The notes under the pieces were generated by a model. The model had not been told where the DNA came from, did no database searches, and saw only the letters and a list, made by a program, of their open reading frames with translations. DNA of 64,000 bases from Podarcis liolepis (Eukaryota), in the NCBI GenBank assembly GCA_965112155.1, contig OZ218103.1; one strand, 5' to 3'. This document shows, piece after piece, positions 27,344-39,988 of this stretch (position 1 is its first letter; each line of letters begins with the position of its first letter). The translations under genes were made by a program, and so were the position numbers.

Positions 27344-27819
27344 GTGATTGTGTTTGAACTCAAAGTCATCAACCATTTTTCCTTTCCTTTCCTTTATTCA
27401 TTTCTTCTTTTCGTTCCTTTTTAAAACTGTAGAGGACTCAGTAGCAGTAGCATTGCCATCAATTAAAAAAAGGCCCATTTTGATACACTAAAGCTAAAAG
27501 GAATGGAAAGTACCAACTGTCATAACGGTTTGCTGTAAATATTCTGCAAAAGCAGTATTGTTTTATATCAAGGCTTCTCCATTTCAGGTGACAGATGAAT
27601 GACCCTGTCTCAGCCAACAGCTAGTACATCAATAAATTGTGACATGGATAAACTACCGGCCAGCTAAAAGGGATGGCATAACTCTCTTTGACTCTGCTGG
27701 CCAAGTGATACTGCTCACCAAATTGTAGCTGGCCTTTCATTGTGACAGAGCCTGCGAAGCTATGGTCCTCCGTACGTTGATAGACTCCTCATTATTATCC
27801 ATGATAATTGATCATGGTA

Positions 27820-28185
27820 GGGATGTGGGTGGCGCTGTGGTCTAAACCACTGAGCCTTGGGCTTGCCGATCAAAAGGTCAGTGGTTTGAATCCCCACAAT
27901 GGGGTTAGCTCCTGTTGCTCGGTCCCAACTCCTGCCAACCTAGCAATTCGAAAGCACCCCAAAAAGTGCAAGTAGATAATAGGTACTGCTCCGGCGGGAA
28001 GGTAAACAGCATTTCCGTGCGCTGCTCTGGTGTTGGTGTTCCGTTGCACCAGAAGCGGCTTAGTCATGCTGGCCACATGACCTGGAAAAACTGTCTGCAG
28101 AGCGGACAAACGCCGGCTCCCTCAGCCTGTAAAGCGAGATGAGCGCCCCAACCCCAGAGTCATTGTCAGGGGTCCCTTTACCTTT
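27820..28185 (+). mobile_element. Sauria SINE with TSD
   Basis: Family sequence with ACCTTT tail; 14-bp TSD taattgatcatggt (27805-27818, 28185-28198). Confidence 0.93.
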
Positions 28186-29312
28186 AATTGATCATGGTGG
28201 CTGAGGCTGATTGGAGCTGCCCATTATGTGTTTCCCCCCGTTATAGCAAATAGTAGAAAAGGGGCTTGGAGGAAAAAGTTAAACCCTCCCTGTGCCAGTG
28301 CTGCAGCAATGATCTGATTGCAATGCTGCAGAGCTGGCCCATTCATGAGGCAAGCTGAGGTGACTGCCTCAGGTATCACGATCCACAGGCACAGCATATC
28401 CTGTCTCCAATGAATTCATTGCCCAGTGCTGCTGCCACAGCAACAGCCGTGCCATGCTCTTTGGGAGCTGGATCTGCTGACATCTTGGTAGTGCCTCTCC
28501 ACAAAATAGCCATTTTACAGAAGGAAAAATGGTGATGCTCAGGGCCTTTCCTCCCCAAAACCAGGCAAAGCCCCTACGTGCAACGCAAAACAAATAAAAC
28601 ATACAAAAAAGCAAGGAACAGTCCTGCAAAAAGAAAAGGCAGCACCCCTTCAAACAACAAAGATGCCAGTTAATCTCTTTAAATATAGAATATTGGGATG
28701 GGCCTTGGTGGGCACCACAGTGGGGTTATCTGAGGGTGTCCATGAGCACCACATTGAAGACCCCATATATAAAGCCTCTATGCTCTGTGTGCTTACTTGA
28801 ATGTTGGCCCCATTGAGTTCGATTGAATTTGGTAATGGTAATATTTTAATAGGGTTGGACCATATCAAGTTGCTGTTGTTAGTTGTCTGTGAGTAGGAAC
28901 CCAGGCTGCTTAGTAAAAAATATCTTGGCTCAGTTTTCCTTTGCCTACTTTTCCTTGTGAATGCCATATTCATTGATTTTGTACATATTATGTTATATGT
29001 ATTATATGTTTACATCCTTACACAGAAGAAATTTGCTATTTGCTTCCATCGTATATTAACTGAAATATATTACTGGGGAATGTTGAATCCTTTTGGTGCG
29101 GAAGCGTTATTTATAGCCCATTATCTGTGCCGAGATGGTTGATGCTTTTGTTTTCATACTGTTAGCTGAAAGCCATACTGTAGTATTTTAAACAAACCCC
29201 AAACTCAACAGTGCTATGATGAGTAGTTTGTTCTGTGGGAAACCGGACATCCTTGTTAAGAATGGCTGGTTCTCATAGCATACATATGAACTGTGAAGCT
29301 CTACCCAGATAA

Positions 29313-29453
<141 letters not shown>

Positions 29454-30281
29454 TAGAATGAGATTTTATGTGTTATTTTTCAGACACTCTAAAGAACAAA
29501 TAGAGCTTCCTATTTTTGAAGACCACAAAGCTCAAATAGATCTCCATACTTTCCAGGGTTTCTCTGTTCCTTTGAGTGACTGGAGTGATACTCCTCTGAA
29601 TTCCTTGACAGAGCATTTCCCTTTGTGCAAAACCAGCTGCATGCTTCTACTCAATACCTTATTGTCTCAGATTTGTGCATGGAAAAATTATTTAGCTGAA
29701 TATGCTGGGAACATTAATCAATTGGCACATTTATAGAAATTAACTACCCTTGTATAAATGCACCCCCTTTTCCTAATTTAGTCCATTTGCAAAAAAATAA
29801 AAAAATCAGAGTTTGGCAAATTAGAAGCTTGGTTCAAAGGCTAGGAAGACAAAAGAAAAACAAGACATTAAAAGTTGGCAAATGAATAGTGTAGAAGAGG
29901 AAGGATGAGACACGTGGAAAGGAAGGCAGGAGTCTTCAAAGATTGAGTTTCTAGTATTCATGTTTGTTGAAAAACATTGAACACACATGTGCAAAATATG
30001 TTGAAATTCTGAAGTTTGCTGTTTGAATGCCCATAAAGTTAAACCAAAGTAAATTTTCATTCTTTGCACTACCCTTTCATTTTATACTTGACTGTGCTAG
30101 AGAAATGTTATTATTTTTATTATTATTTATGAAATAAATAGTTTAAAAAGCTATAGATTATTTAATTAGCCATAGGCTAAAGCTGCATAATTGGCACGAC
30201 AATAATTTCCAGAAGAACCATGGCTATTCCCAGACCAGTAGGCACCCAACCCTGTGGTTTTCCAGATGTTTGGTCCACAGC

Positions 30282-30739
30282 TGTCAGGAAAGAGCCAGAA
30301 CGCACAGTTTTGTCAGTAGCAAGGGAGGGTTCTGAGCAGGAACTGGCAGAAGAGGAAGACAGGGAACTGATGCACGAAGCAGAGCAGGGGGCGAGGCATA
30401 GTCAGGAGGAGCAGGGGGTCAGGGATGGTGAAGAGCCCTACAACCCACCAAAGTTGGTAGGAGGAAGCTCAGCCTCAGAAAAGGGGGGGGGGGCTTTCAC
30501 ACCAGCACAGGCAAGGAGGGAAATGAAACGTAAAGAGCAAAGATGTATCGTGAGGTTTCTATGCCTACTTTGTTGGCACCGAAATCAAAGGAAGACATTC
30601 CCCGAATCTGACTCGACAGGTTCGGTTGCGTGATTTTGAATTGCAGCTGTTCTTTGTATATATGTAATAAATAAAAGACTGTAAATATCACGCTGCATAT
30701 TTTGGAGTTTTACTGCGAAGAGGGAACACCACCTTTACA
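30282..30739 (+). mobile_element. Solo LTR (458 bp) inserted into an old palindromic MITE
   Basis: TG...CA ends, perfect 5-bp TSD acagc (30277-30281, 30740-30744), overlapping AATAAA at 30666-30675. The flanks (about 30236-30281 and 30740-30833) rejoin into a degenerate copy of the palindromic MITE. Confidence 0.85.
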
Positions 30740-31308
30740 ACAGCTGGAATTATCTCTGACTATTGGACATGCTGGCTGGGGTTACTGGAGTCCTACAATA
30801 TCTGGAGAGCCATAGCTTAATTAACCACCCCTGTACTCAACCAAATATCCACTCTCCACATTAGAAGTGTCTTTGTTGCTTTCATTGTTTGTTCATTTCC
30901 CCAACGCCTTATTTCTGTTGCATTCGTAGCCCATTCAACAGATTCAATACATGACATGTATGGAAGATTAATCCCTGTCAGATAATAAAATGTATGCCTC
31001 TGATCACTGTGAACTCACAATTGCACCATATGTTGAAAATGGAACTGATGTAAATTTTCCTGGAAACGATGGCTCATACCCAACATTGTGTGAGCAAAAA
31101 GTAGCTTGAATAATGCTTGTTTCCGTTCCCCACCCCCACCCCCACCCCCAGCTATCTGCTCTATCTCCAAGCATCTCTGGATGGTCAGTGGGACCTGCTG
31201 AACATTGTGGCTGTGTTGTATGGGACTGCAGGGGGAAGCTGGAATTGGAAGTGTCATCTGCCATTGTTTAGGAGAATCTTTCTTCCCACTGTAGCCCATA
31301 CAATGCTA

Positions 31309-31539
31309 CAGTGGTACCTCTGGTTATGAACTTAATTCGTTTCGGAGGTCCGTTCTTAAGCTAAAACCATTCTTATCCTGAGGTGTGCTTTCTGCTAATG
31401 GGGCCTCCTGCTCCTGTGTGCAATTTCCGTTCTCATCCTGGGGCAAAGTTCACAACCAGGAGCAGCTTCTTCCGGGTTAGCAGAGCTCGTAACCTGAAGT
31501 GTTCGTAACCAGAAGCGTTCGTAACCAGAGGTACTACTA
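31309..31539. mobile_element. Tc1/pogo-type MITE
   Basis: TA|cagtggtacctctggtta ... taaccagaggtactacta|TA. Confidence 0.9.
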
Positions 31540-32449
31540 TATAACGCTTGGTATGTCCCCTGACCCTCTGGGCAGACATTTTGAGGAGTCAGTGCAGAAG
31601 AAAAAGGAAGAGAACCATAGGCCAAGATTGCCTTCCACTCATACAGTGTTGGGCACAGCTTAAAAATAAAATGTTGTGCTGTCCATGAACATCAGGGTTT
31701 CCAATTTTTCTTTAAACTGTCTTGAGCAATCTTGAGTAAGCAGACTGTGACAAGCATTATCTAAGTTCAGCATCACGACCAGCACCTAGGCAATCATCTT
31801 TGTTTCCTGCAACTGAATCCAGCCCTGCGAGCAGCTCCTTTTTTCGTGTTAGTTTCCCAGATAATTAACATACAACACAAATACTAAGGAACTGTTGGAA
31901 GAGTAAGAATTACTGTGAATTTCCTAAAAGGACTTAAAGGCAATAAAGGTTACCACCATTCTTCTATCTTTCATAAGCCATGCAAGGTCACAGGACATAA
32001 TGGAACAAAGTTCAGGCAAGCTTCTGGCTAGAATTTGTGCATATGTACAAACTGAAACTCTTGTTATCTATAGTGTTGTTGTTGTTTTTTACTTTATGTA
32101 GCAACTTGATTACTGCAATCCTAAAGAAGTTAATTACAAATCATTAACATTACTTATGCCAGATTAAGACTTCAATTAATTCAATCAGAACCACTTTGAA
32201 AGTTAGTAGGATGAAGGCATTAGAATAAGCAACTGTTATGAACACAGTATTAAATGCATTACATTTACGTGGTTCATCTTAAAAATGTATTGTGAGAAGT
32301 TAAAGATGCCTTTCACAACACTGGGCAAATAAGCAGTATCTGTGTGAACACATTCCCACTAATCTCACTAAAAATACTAGAATAAAAGAAGCAGGGGATC
32401 TAAAAATAATAATGAATATAAGAAGCATCTTCTCTCTGGAAGCTATTGT

Positions 32450-32485
32450 TGTTTGTTTGTTTGTTTGTTTGTTTGTTTGTTTGTT
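32450..32485. repeat. (TTTG)n microsatellite
   Basis: Seen directly. Confidence 0.9.
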
Positions 32486-33438
32486 GCTTTATCTTGGCCA
32501 AGGCAACCCAAAGTGACTTACAACCAACCTACCAATCAACAAGTTCACCCATAGATATATTAAAAACAAGGAGGAGGGATATATTAAAAACATCCCAACC
32601 ACTTTAAAAAAGGCCACAACCAAATCTCAATCATAAGTTTGTATGAGCTGCTCATGTTAAGAGCTGGTTGTGCCCAACGCATATGTACACTTTTGCTTCA
32701 TAATAGCTGACAATACATGCTTTATGTTTATTACTTTCTCAACTGAAGCCATGGAAGATTCCATGTCTTTTCTATTAGCACAGGGCAGATTACCTTATGA
32801 TCTGGCATGTCCTAAATTATAGGTTCCTGAAAAATGGGGATTGATTAGCAGGTAATAGAACATTCTGTTGAATTCTGTGGTTTCCTTGCAGGCTACTTTA
32901 CATATCCCTGCCCAGCAAAAATTAAAGTGTTAACTCAGAAATATTTCCCATTGTATTCGACTGCATTTAATGTGGTCTATTCTCAGACAACCACACAACT
33001 ATCTGGGAATAACTCCTATAGTGGCACTTTGAATCAATATGTATATGTTCCACCGCATGCTATTACAGTCTCTCTTTATGTCAGGAAAGAGGGTGTTAGA
33101 GTTCTCATTCAATGTTTTCATGAGCTGATTGAAAGATCCCACTAATGGAGTGGGGGGGGGGGAATAGAAACTATTCTGGTTTTTGTAAACGAACTGTCTG
33201 TTGTGGCAGCATTTGTTTATAGTGGCTTTTTTGGGTACAAAATCCTTTAAGACAAGGACTGCATGTCTCAGTAGAACTATTGAGCTTTGCTAATTTGTTA
33301 GAAAATTATTTAGGGGACGATTTCCCTGAATTTGTGTATGAATAAAAAACGATGAAGACTGAAGCATAAATGAATTAAATGACCTTCTTGCATGATCATA
33401 TCATATTTTCTCTCTCCCCTCCCCTCTGGTTGATTTGA

Positions 33439-33882
<444 letters not shown>

Positions 33883-34138
33883 TGATTTTTACGGACATCA
33901 TCCTGGAATCCACGTTTTAGATGAAGGTGCAGTTTAGAAACATTGAGGATAATTTAGGATTGAAATTTTAAAATATTACCAACAAATAACAACGGGTACT
34001 TATTATTAATGCTACTGATATTTATCAAATATGTGCAGAAGGAGTACTAGCTTTTGAGTGAAAGTATCTGCAGACATCTATCCTTAGATAGAGAAGGCAA
34101 GAGCTGGCCATTGTTGCTGCAACTGTAATGCTATAATG

Positions 34139-34276
34139 CAGCGGTTCTCAACCTGTGGGTCCCCAGATGTTGTTGGACTACAACTCCCATCATCCCTGAA
34201 CTCTGGCCTTGCTAGCTAGGGATGATGGGAGTTGTAGTCCAACAACATCTGGGGATCCACAGGTTGAGAACTGTTG
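34139..34276. mobile_element. Palindromic hAT-type MITE
   Basis: About 59-bp inverted arms cagcggttctcaacctgtgg...; TSD ctataatg/ctttaatg. Confidence 0.9.
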
Positions 34277-36506
34277 CTTTAATGTGAGCTGTAAACAGTG
34301 TTGAAGTGATGAACACCCAGGAGTCAAGACCTTGATAGATTTTATGTCGAGAGTAAACAGATGGGGGAGGTGGAGAAGCTGTTGTGGTAGACACTGCTGG
34401 TTTTTTGGTTGTTGTTTTTTAAGAGGGGGGTCAAGATAATTAAGTGCAGATCAAGTATTATTTTGCCAAGACTTACTTTTCTTTGTTTCCATCCTCTTAT
34501 TGATCAGGTAAATTTGTGAGAGCTTGATGCGAGGTTAGTCTAATGAAGTACTGCTATCCCTTTGTAATTGTATGGATCAGTGCTTCCGAAAAGACCTAAT
34601 TTGGTGAGGGTAATATCAAATTTGTAATGATGTGCTTGCACAGAATTTGAAATGAAAGCAAATTGGAATTGCCTAATCCCAAAGAGCCGCTTATTAAATT
34701 CCAGTGATGTGTTTGGATATACATTATATTAGTTTGTAATTGAAGACTAGGTCAATTGACAGTCTCGTCTCTAAATCTGTAGATCAAGGCAAGCTCAATT
34801 CACCCAAGTGCACAAAGGCAGAAGGGAAGTAAAATGTTCCTTTTCTCTTGTTGAAGAAAATCCTGCATGAAATACATGGCAATAGATGTGAAAGGGGGGA
34901 AATGTGTTCACTTTGGAGAAGATGTAAAACAAGATGGTCACAATTGGGGCAAATTTAAAAATCAGCATTATGCCAAAAAACTGAAGTCGTTTTCAAATGT
35001 TTTTTTTGAATTGGGGCAGCAACTTGATTAAAGAAAATTCATTGTTTGGGTGATATCTAAGGTGACTTACCACTAAAACTGTCGGTGAAATAGAGATGGA
35101 GGTAATTTTTGGCAATTCTCCTGCAGTACCCCATACCCTCCTTCATTTTTTTCTCAGAAGGGTTCCTATCCTCTACAACAGATTAAGACAGGCACTACAG
35201 AAGGATCGCTGGAAATTGTCTTCCCCCTTTACTACTGATTCCATCAGTGGACAGTCACCATTGAGTATCACCTTATGGGTTTTAGTTGATTATTGATCTG
35301 AATCTATTGATCTGAATCTATCTATCTATTTCACATGTCATAGAAGTGTGCATCACCTTAGAAGAGATATTATTTGTTATGAAAGAGAGAAAAGAGGGTT
35401 GAAGACTCTCATAGGCAGTTTTATAAGTAATTGTTTAAAAGTGTGTTTTTTTAAATCTACTGACTAATTAATTCATTTGATGATAAAGTTTTAAAATGTT
35501 CAAGCTAACACTCAATTAAAGATTGCAACCTTTCTTAAACTTTTATTTAAATGTTAGAATGGAGTCTACACTCCTTTCACTCAAGAATTCACAAATTGCA
35601 TGTGGAGTCTCTCTCTCTCTCTCCCCTTCTAACTTTCCAGGCACAAATTAATATGCTGGTATTTATCTTTAAAGCCCTCATGGGTTTGGCCTATGTGTTT
35701 CCTAAGGACCATTTCCTTCTCACATGTTCGATAGTTATCTAAGGAAATTCCCCTGATCCTTCAGTCTGGTGAGAGACAGCTGACTACTAACAGGGCTGCC
35801 CATTTTCTGTAGCAGTGGAATGCTTTGGCAAGCAAGATGTGCTAAGCCCTGCCATTGTAATGCTTTAGGAAGCTGGTAGAGACATGGCATGACTTTTCAG
35901 AAAGACCTTCAGCTTCTTTTTTCATTGGCATTCTATTTTGTTTTGTTTTGGGTTTCTTATGTAAATATTGTTGTATTTTTACAATTATGTCCAATTTGGG
36001 GATCATTATGCATTTTAAATGCATAATGAAGTGTTGCTTTGTTAACTACCTTCTTTGTTGGATTGTGTGCTTTCTTTAAAAATGGAATAGGCAAGATATA
36101 ATTGTTTGAAAAAGCAATTATTAAAACACTTGAAATCTGGGCTGCGTGTACACTACACCTGTAAAGCACATTTGGAGCACGTTCTTTCCCTCAAATAATT
36201 CTGGCCACTATGGTTTACCCTTCACAGGCTTAATATTCCCAGTAACCCATAAAAAAAACAAAGTTATAAAATGACTTTGTTAGTTGTTCAAGGCATACTA
36301 CTAAGTAAGTGTTTATTTTGTGATGAAAGAATATTTAAATAACATTTTTGTAAGGACTTTTAAAAATGCAAATTAATACAGGACAGATTTATGCAAATTT
36401 GACATGGACTGGAAATAGCCACTGATCCGTTTATCACTACTTATATGATCCCCCCCCCCCAATTGGAAATAAGGAAGCTAGTTAGATAGATTTTGCTTCA
36501 TGAGTA

Positions 36507-36753
36507 CCATCAAACCTTGGCTCCTGAATGCCTCCATTACTATACATTTTGGCTCCCGAATGCCGAAAATCCGGAAGTATGTGTTCCAGTTTTCAAACGT
36601 TTTTCGGAATCCGAACATCCAATGCGGCTTCCGCTTGAGTGCAGGAAGTTCCTGCAGCCAATCAAAAGCCATGCCTCGGCTGTCAAACATTTCAGAAGGC
36701 GAAGCCGAACAGGCTTCCAGAATGGATTACGTTCGACAACCAAGGTTGGACTG
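36507..36753. mobile_element. Tc1/pogo-type MITE (second subfamily)
   Basis: TA|ccatcaaaccttgg ... ccaaggttggactg|TA; internal gcagccaatca motif shared with the 39613 and 53952 copies. Confidence 0.8.
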
Positions 36754-37155
36754 TAATAATAATAATAATAATAATCAAGGCCCTCCACATTTTCATGAAA
36801 CCTTTTGTACCAGCATCGCTTTCCACACAGGTTAAGCAACAGTAATGAGAGTTTATCCCCCAGGGTTGAGTGCTATAGTATTGTATTTTCAGCTTCAAGA
36901 AATGTGACTCAGCCAGTTGAATATGAATGTATGGTTTGCTATGAGAAGCAAATCGTGGATTTGATGTGCTGTGCAATGAGGTTGCGCCGTTCCACCTCTG
37001 TGTGTGCACATGTGTGCATGTTTAAGCGTCCATAAAGGATATTGTGTTCCTGAGATAATTCACACATCTAAGGACAGCTCTGGTGTTATTTGATTTGGGG
37101 AAGGGAGAGCTGTTCCTTTATGTCTGCTTTTATTTGGTCATTGCAGTGAAGTGTT

Positions 37156-37292
37156 ACATCACAGAATCATATAATTGTAGTGTTGTAGTCCAACCCCCTC
37201 CAATGCAGGAATCCTGCCCACAGCTGTTCCTGTGTGGGCTTGAACCACCAAGCTTCTGGTTAACAGCCAAACACACTGCCCCACTCTGCCAT
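37156..37292 (-). mobile_element. tRNA-Asn-derived SINE with CR1-type tail (degenerate)
   Basis: The - strand ggctgttaaccagaagcttggtggttcaagcccacacagg resembles the tRNA-Asn(GTT) anticodon and T arms; followed by gattcctgcattggagggggttggact...atgattct. Confidence 0.65.
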
Positions 37293-39029
37293 AGACTGTT
37301 GCAGTCCAGTGCTGGGATTGACCTTGAAATAACAGGGAGAGGGAAGAAGGGAGCAGAACATAATTTTATTTTACTCATTCACTTCAATTTGTGTCACACC
37401 AGATTCTGAAAGTTCAAGGTGAATTTACACGTCTTTTGAAAAATAGTAGGGCAATAATTTGTGTCTCAACTGATTATTCCTGTTCATTTATAGCACTGTA
37501 CTGCACTCTTTAGCCAAAAGACTCCCAGAGCAGATTCATATACTATTAATTAGAATGAAGTGGCTACATTTTTCAGGAGGAAGGCCGCATTGACAGTAAG
37601 ACATCCATTCAAAGGCCATGTATTAGTGGCCATGTAGCCACATGTATAGACGACACATGTAGACTATGTGCACACAGACCACACATGCAGCACAAATAGT
37701 AACCAGAGAAACTTCTAGGAATGGGAGAGAAATCTGATTCAGTTCTCATTTATAGGTGAACCTAGTTCATTTATAGTTTCTGAAACAATATGCAAACTGG
37801 AACATAGCCATTTCCTGATCAGATCCAAAGATAAAGTTGCAGGGGCTGGCAGGCCACTCTCTGTGCATATACTGGCATAATTGTGTATAAAAGGTGTATG
37901 TTAGGAGAAATGTGTATGAATCTCCATGCAGACCTTTCTGTAAAACAAAGAAACAACAACCCTCAGATATTTTTGCAGACACTGTTGAAAACTGAAATTG
38001 ACAGATTCCCCCCCCCCATTTAGAATGTGGTTTTCCTTAATCTAAACTGTTGAATAGGTAACAATGAGAGTCGGATCTAATGGTAGTAATCTTGTTCCCA
38101 TGAGTTACCATGTGCTTAATTATAAATAATTTGTACGAATGTTGCAGACGAAACCATTGCTTTCTGGACATGAATAAAATGCACTTCACTGAGAAGGGTG
38201 AGCACATTCCATTTCTGTCACATCTTGAGAATATTCTGAGCACTTAATCTCTCCCATTCCCCCATGAAAACTTTGACATTTCTCTTTTTGAATTCCATTG
38301 TTAGTATATGCCCTGTTCTACAGAATTATTGTTTTTTAACTATTGATTCTGATTTTCCCCCCTTTGCTCATCCATCCTCAACTAACAACAGCAATCAATT
38401 TGCTATTCATCTTCTCAGCATTTGGATTACACATCCTGAGTGTGGGGGAAAGATGCCCACAGTTTCAAATAGTGCAAATCACCTTTTGTAAAGCCATTAA
38501 GGAGACGTTCTTTTGTTTTTTTAAGACAAAAATCCCCAAGGATAATTTGATACTGTGTTTAGACTTCTTTAGCTACAGCTGGTAGCTCAGAGATTCAGCC
38601 AGGTCTCCTTGGTAGCATATCTTCCATTTACACAGTCCTATTACTTAATTTTGAGTTAGAAACAGGAGCTAACAAATGTGCTAACTTTAATTTGTATGTA
38701 GTCAGAGGTGGTGGTGGTGGGCTATCCTTCAGTAGGAAAAATTTTATGTAAAAGAAGTGAAGTGGAACTGCATTGGCTATTCAGTGAGCCCTACAGACCC
38801 CTTCTGTACAAGGGAAGCAAACAAATTATAGGCAACTCTCCATTTGTGCGGGGGTTGTATTCCGGGTCATCAAGCTCACCAGTGAAGCACATGTAAGCCT
38901 GCCCTGCCCCATTCCACCCTTGTTACACCCCCTTTCGATGCTAGAAATGTGTGTGCATTGGTGGTCACATGCCAATCAAACATACAGGTTGCTTGCCTGT
39001 ATGTTTCATTTATGAATACCGGTATTATA

Positions 39030-39385
39030 AAAGGTAAAGGTAAAGGGACCCCTGACCATTAGGTCCAGTTGTGACTGACTCTGGGGTTGCGGCACTCAGC
39101 TCGCTTTACTGGCCAAGGGAGCCGGAGTACAGCTTCCGGGTCATGTGGCCAGCATGACTGAGCTACTTCTGGCGAACCAGAGCAGCAAACGGAAACACTG
39201 TTTACCTTCCCACCGGAGCAGTACCTATTTATTTACTTGCACTTTGATGTGCTTTTGAACTACTAGGTTGGCAGGAGATGGGACCGAGTAACAAGAGCTC
39301 ACCCCATCGCGGGGATTTGAACCACGACCTTCTGATCGGCAAGCCCTAGGCTCTGTGGCTTAACTCACAGTGCTACCCATGTCCC
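39030..39385 (-). mobile_element. Sauria SINE with TSD
   Basis: (AAAGGT)n tail at left; TSD cggtattata (39020-39029, 39388-39397). Confidence 0.93.
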
Positions 39386-39564
39386 TGCGGTATTATATGT
39401 CACTATAAAGGCAGAGCAATCCTATGGCAGAAGAATCACCACCCTGCTGGGCTAGAGCCATCCAAGATGGAGGGGTTGCATTTTACATTTACCTTTACAT
39501 ATATCTCTTTTTTCTACTTGGCTTTTCTTTTTCATTCCACCTCCCAATGGTTTCAGAAGGCAAA

Positions 39565-39988
39565 GGAACCTGCCATATACTGAGTCAGAACATTAGACCA
39601 TCTTGCTCAGTACAGTGGTACCTTGGTACTCGAACAGCTTGGCTCCCAAACAAATTGGCTCCCCAGCACTGCAAATCCAGTAGTAAGTTTTCCAGTTTGT
39701 GAACGTTTTTCAGAAGCTGAATGTGTGATGTGGTTTACGCGGCTTCCTATTGAGTGCTGGAAGCTGCTGCAGCCAATCAGAAGCTGCACCTTGGTTTTTG
39801 AACCGTTTTGGGAGTCAGACTCCTGGAACGGATTAAGTTCGAGACCCAAGGTACCACTGTATTTTCAACACTGACCAACAGCAGTAGTACAGGGTTTTAG
39901 ATGGGAGTCTTTCCCAGCCTTACTTGGAGAGACCTGGGACCTCCTGCATGCAAAGTAGCTGCTCTACAACTGAGCTATGGCTCTTCCC
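39565..39988 (-). mobile_element. tRNA-headed SINE (Squam3-like) split by a MITE; related fragments at about 45870-46013 and 47052-47160
   Basis: - strand head gccatagctcagttgtagagcagctactttgcatgcaggaggtcccagg; 3' part tactgagcaagatggtct...ctgactcagtatatggcaggttcc. Confidence 0.75.
39613..39859. mobile_element. Tc1/pogo-type MITE nested in a SINE
   Basis: TA|cagtggtaccttgg ... ccaaggtaccactg|TA. Confidence 0.92.

Noticed and set aside
28330-28720. Possible GC-rich hAT-like remnants here, at 55700-55990 and at 8690-9110
   Set aside because: Short shared words only; no TIR pair or TSD could be fixed, so they are not listed as features.
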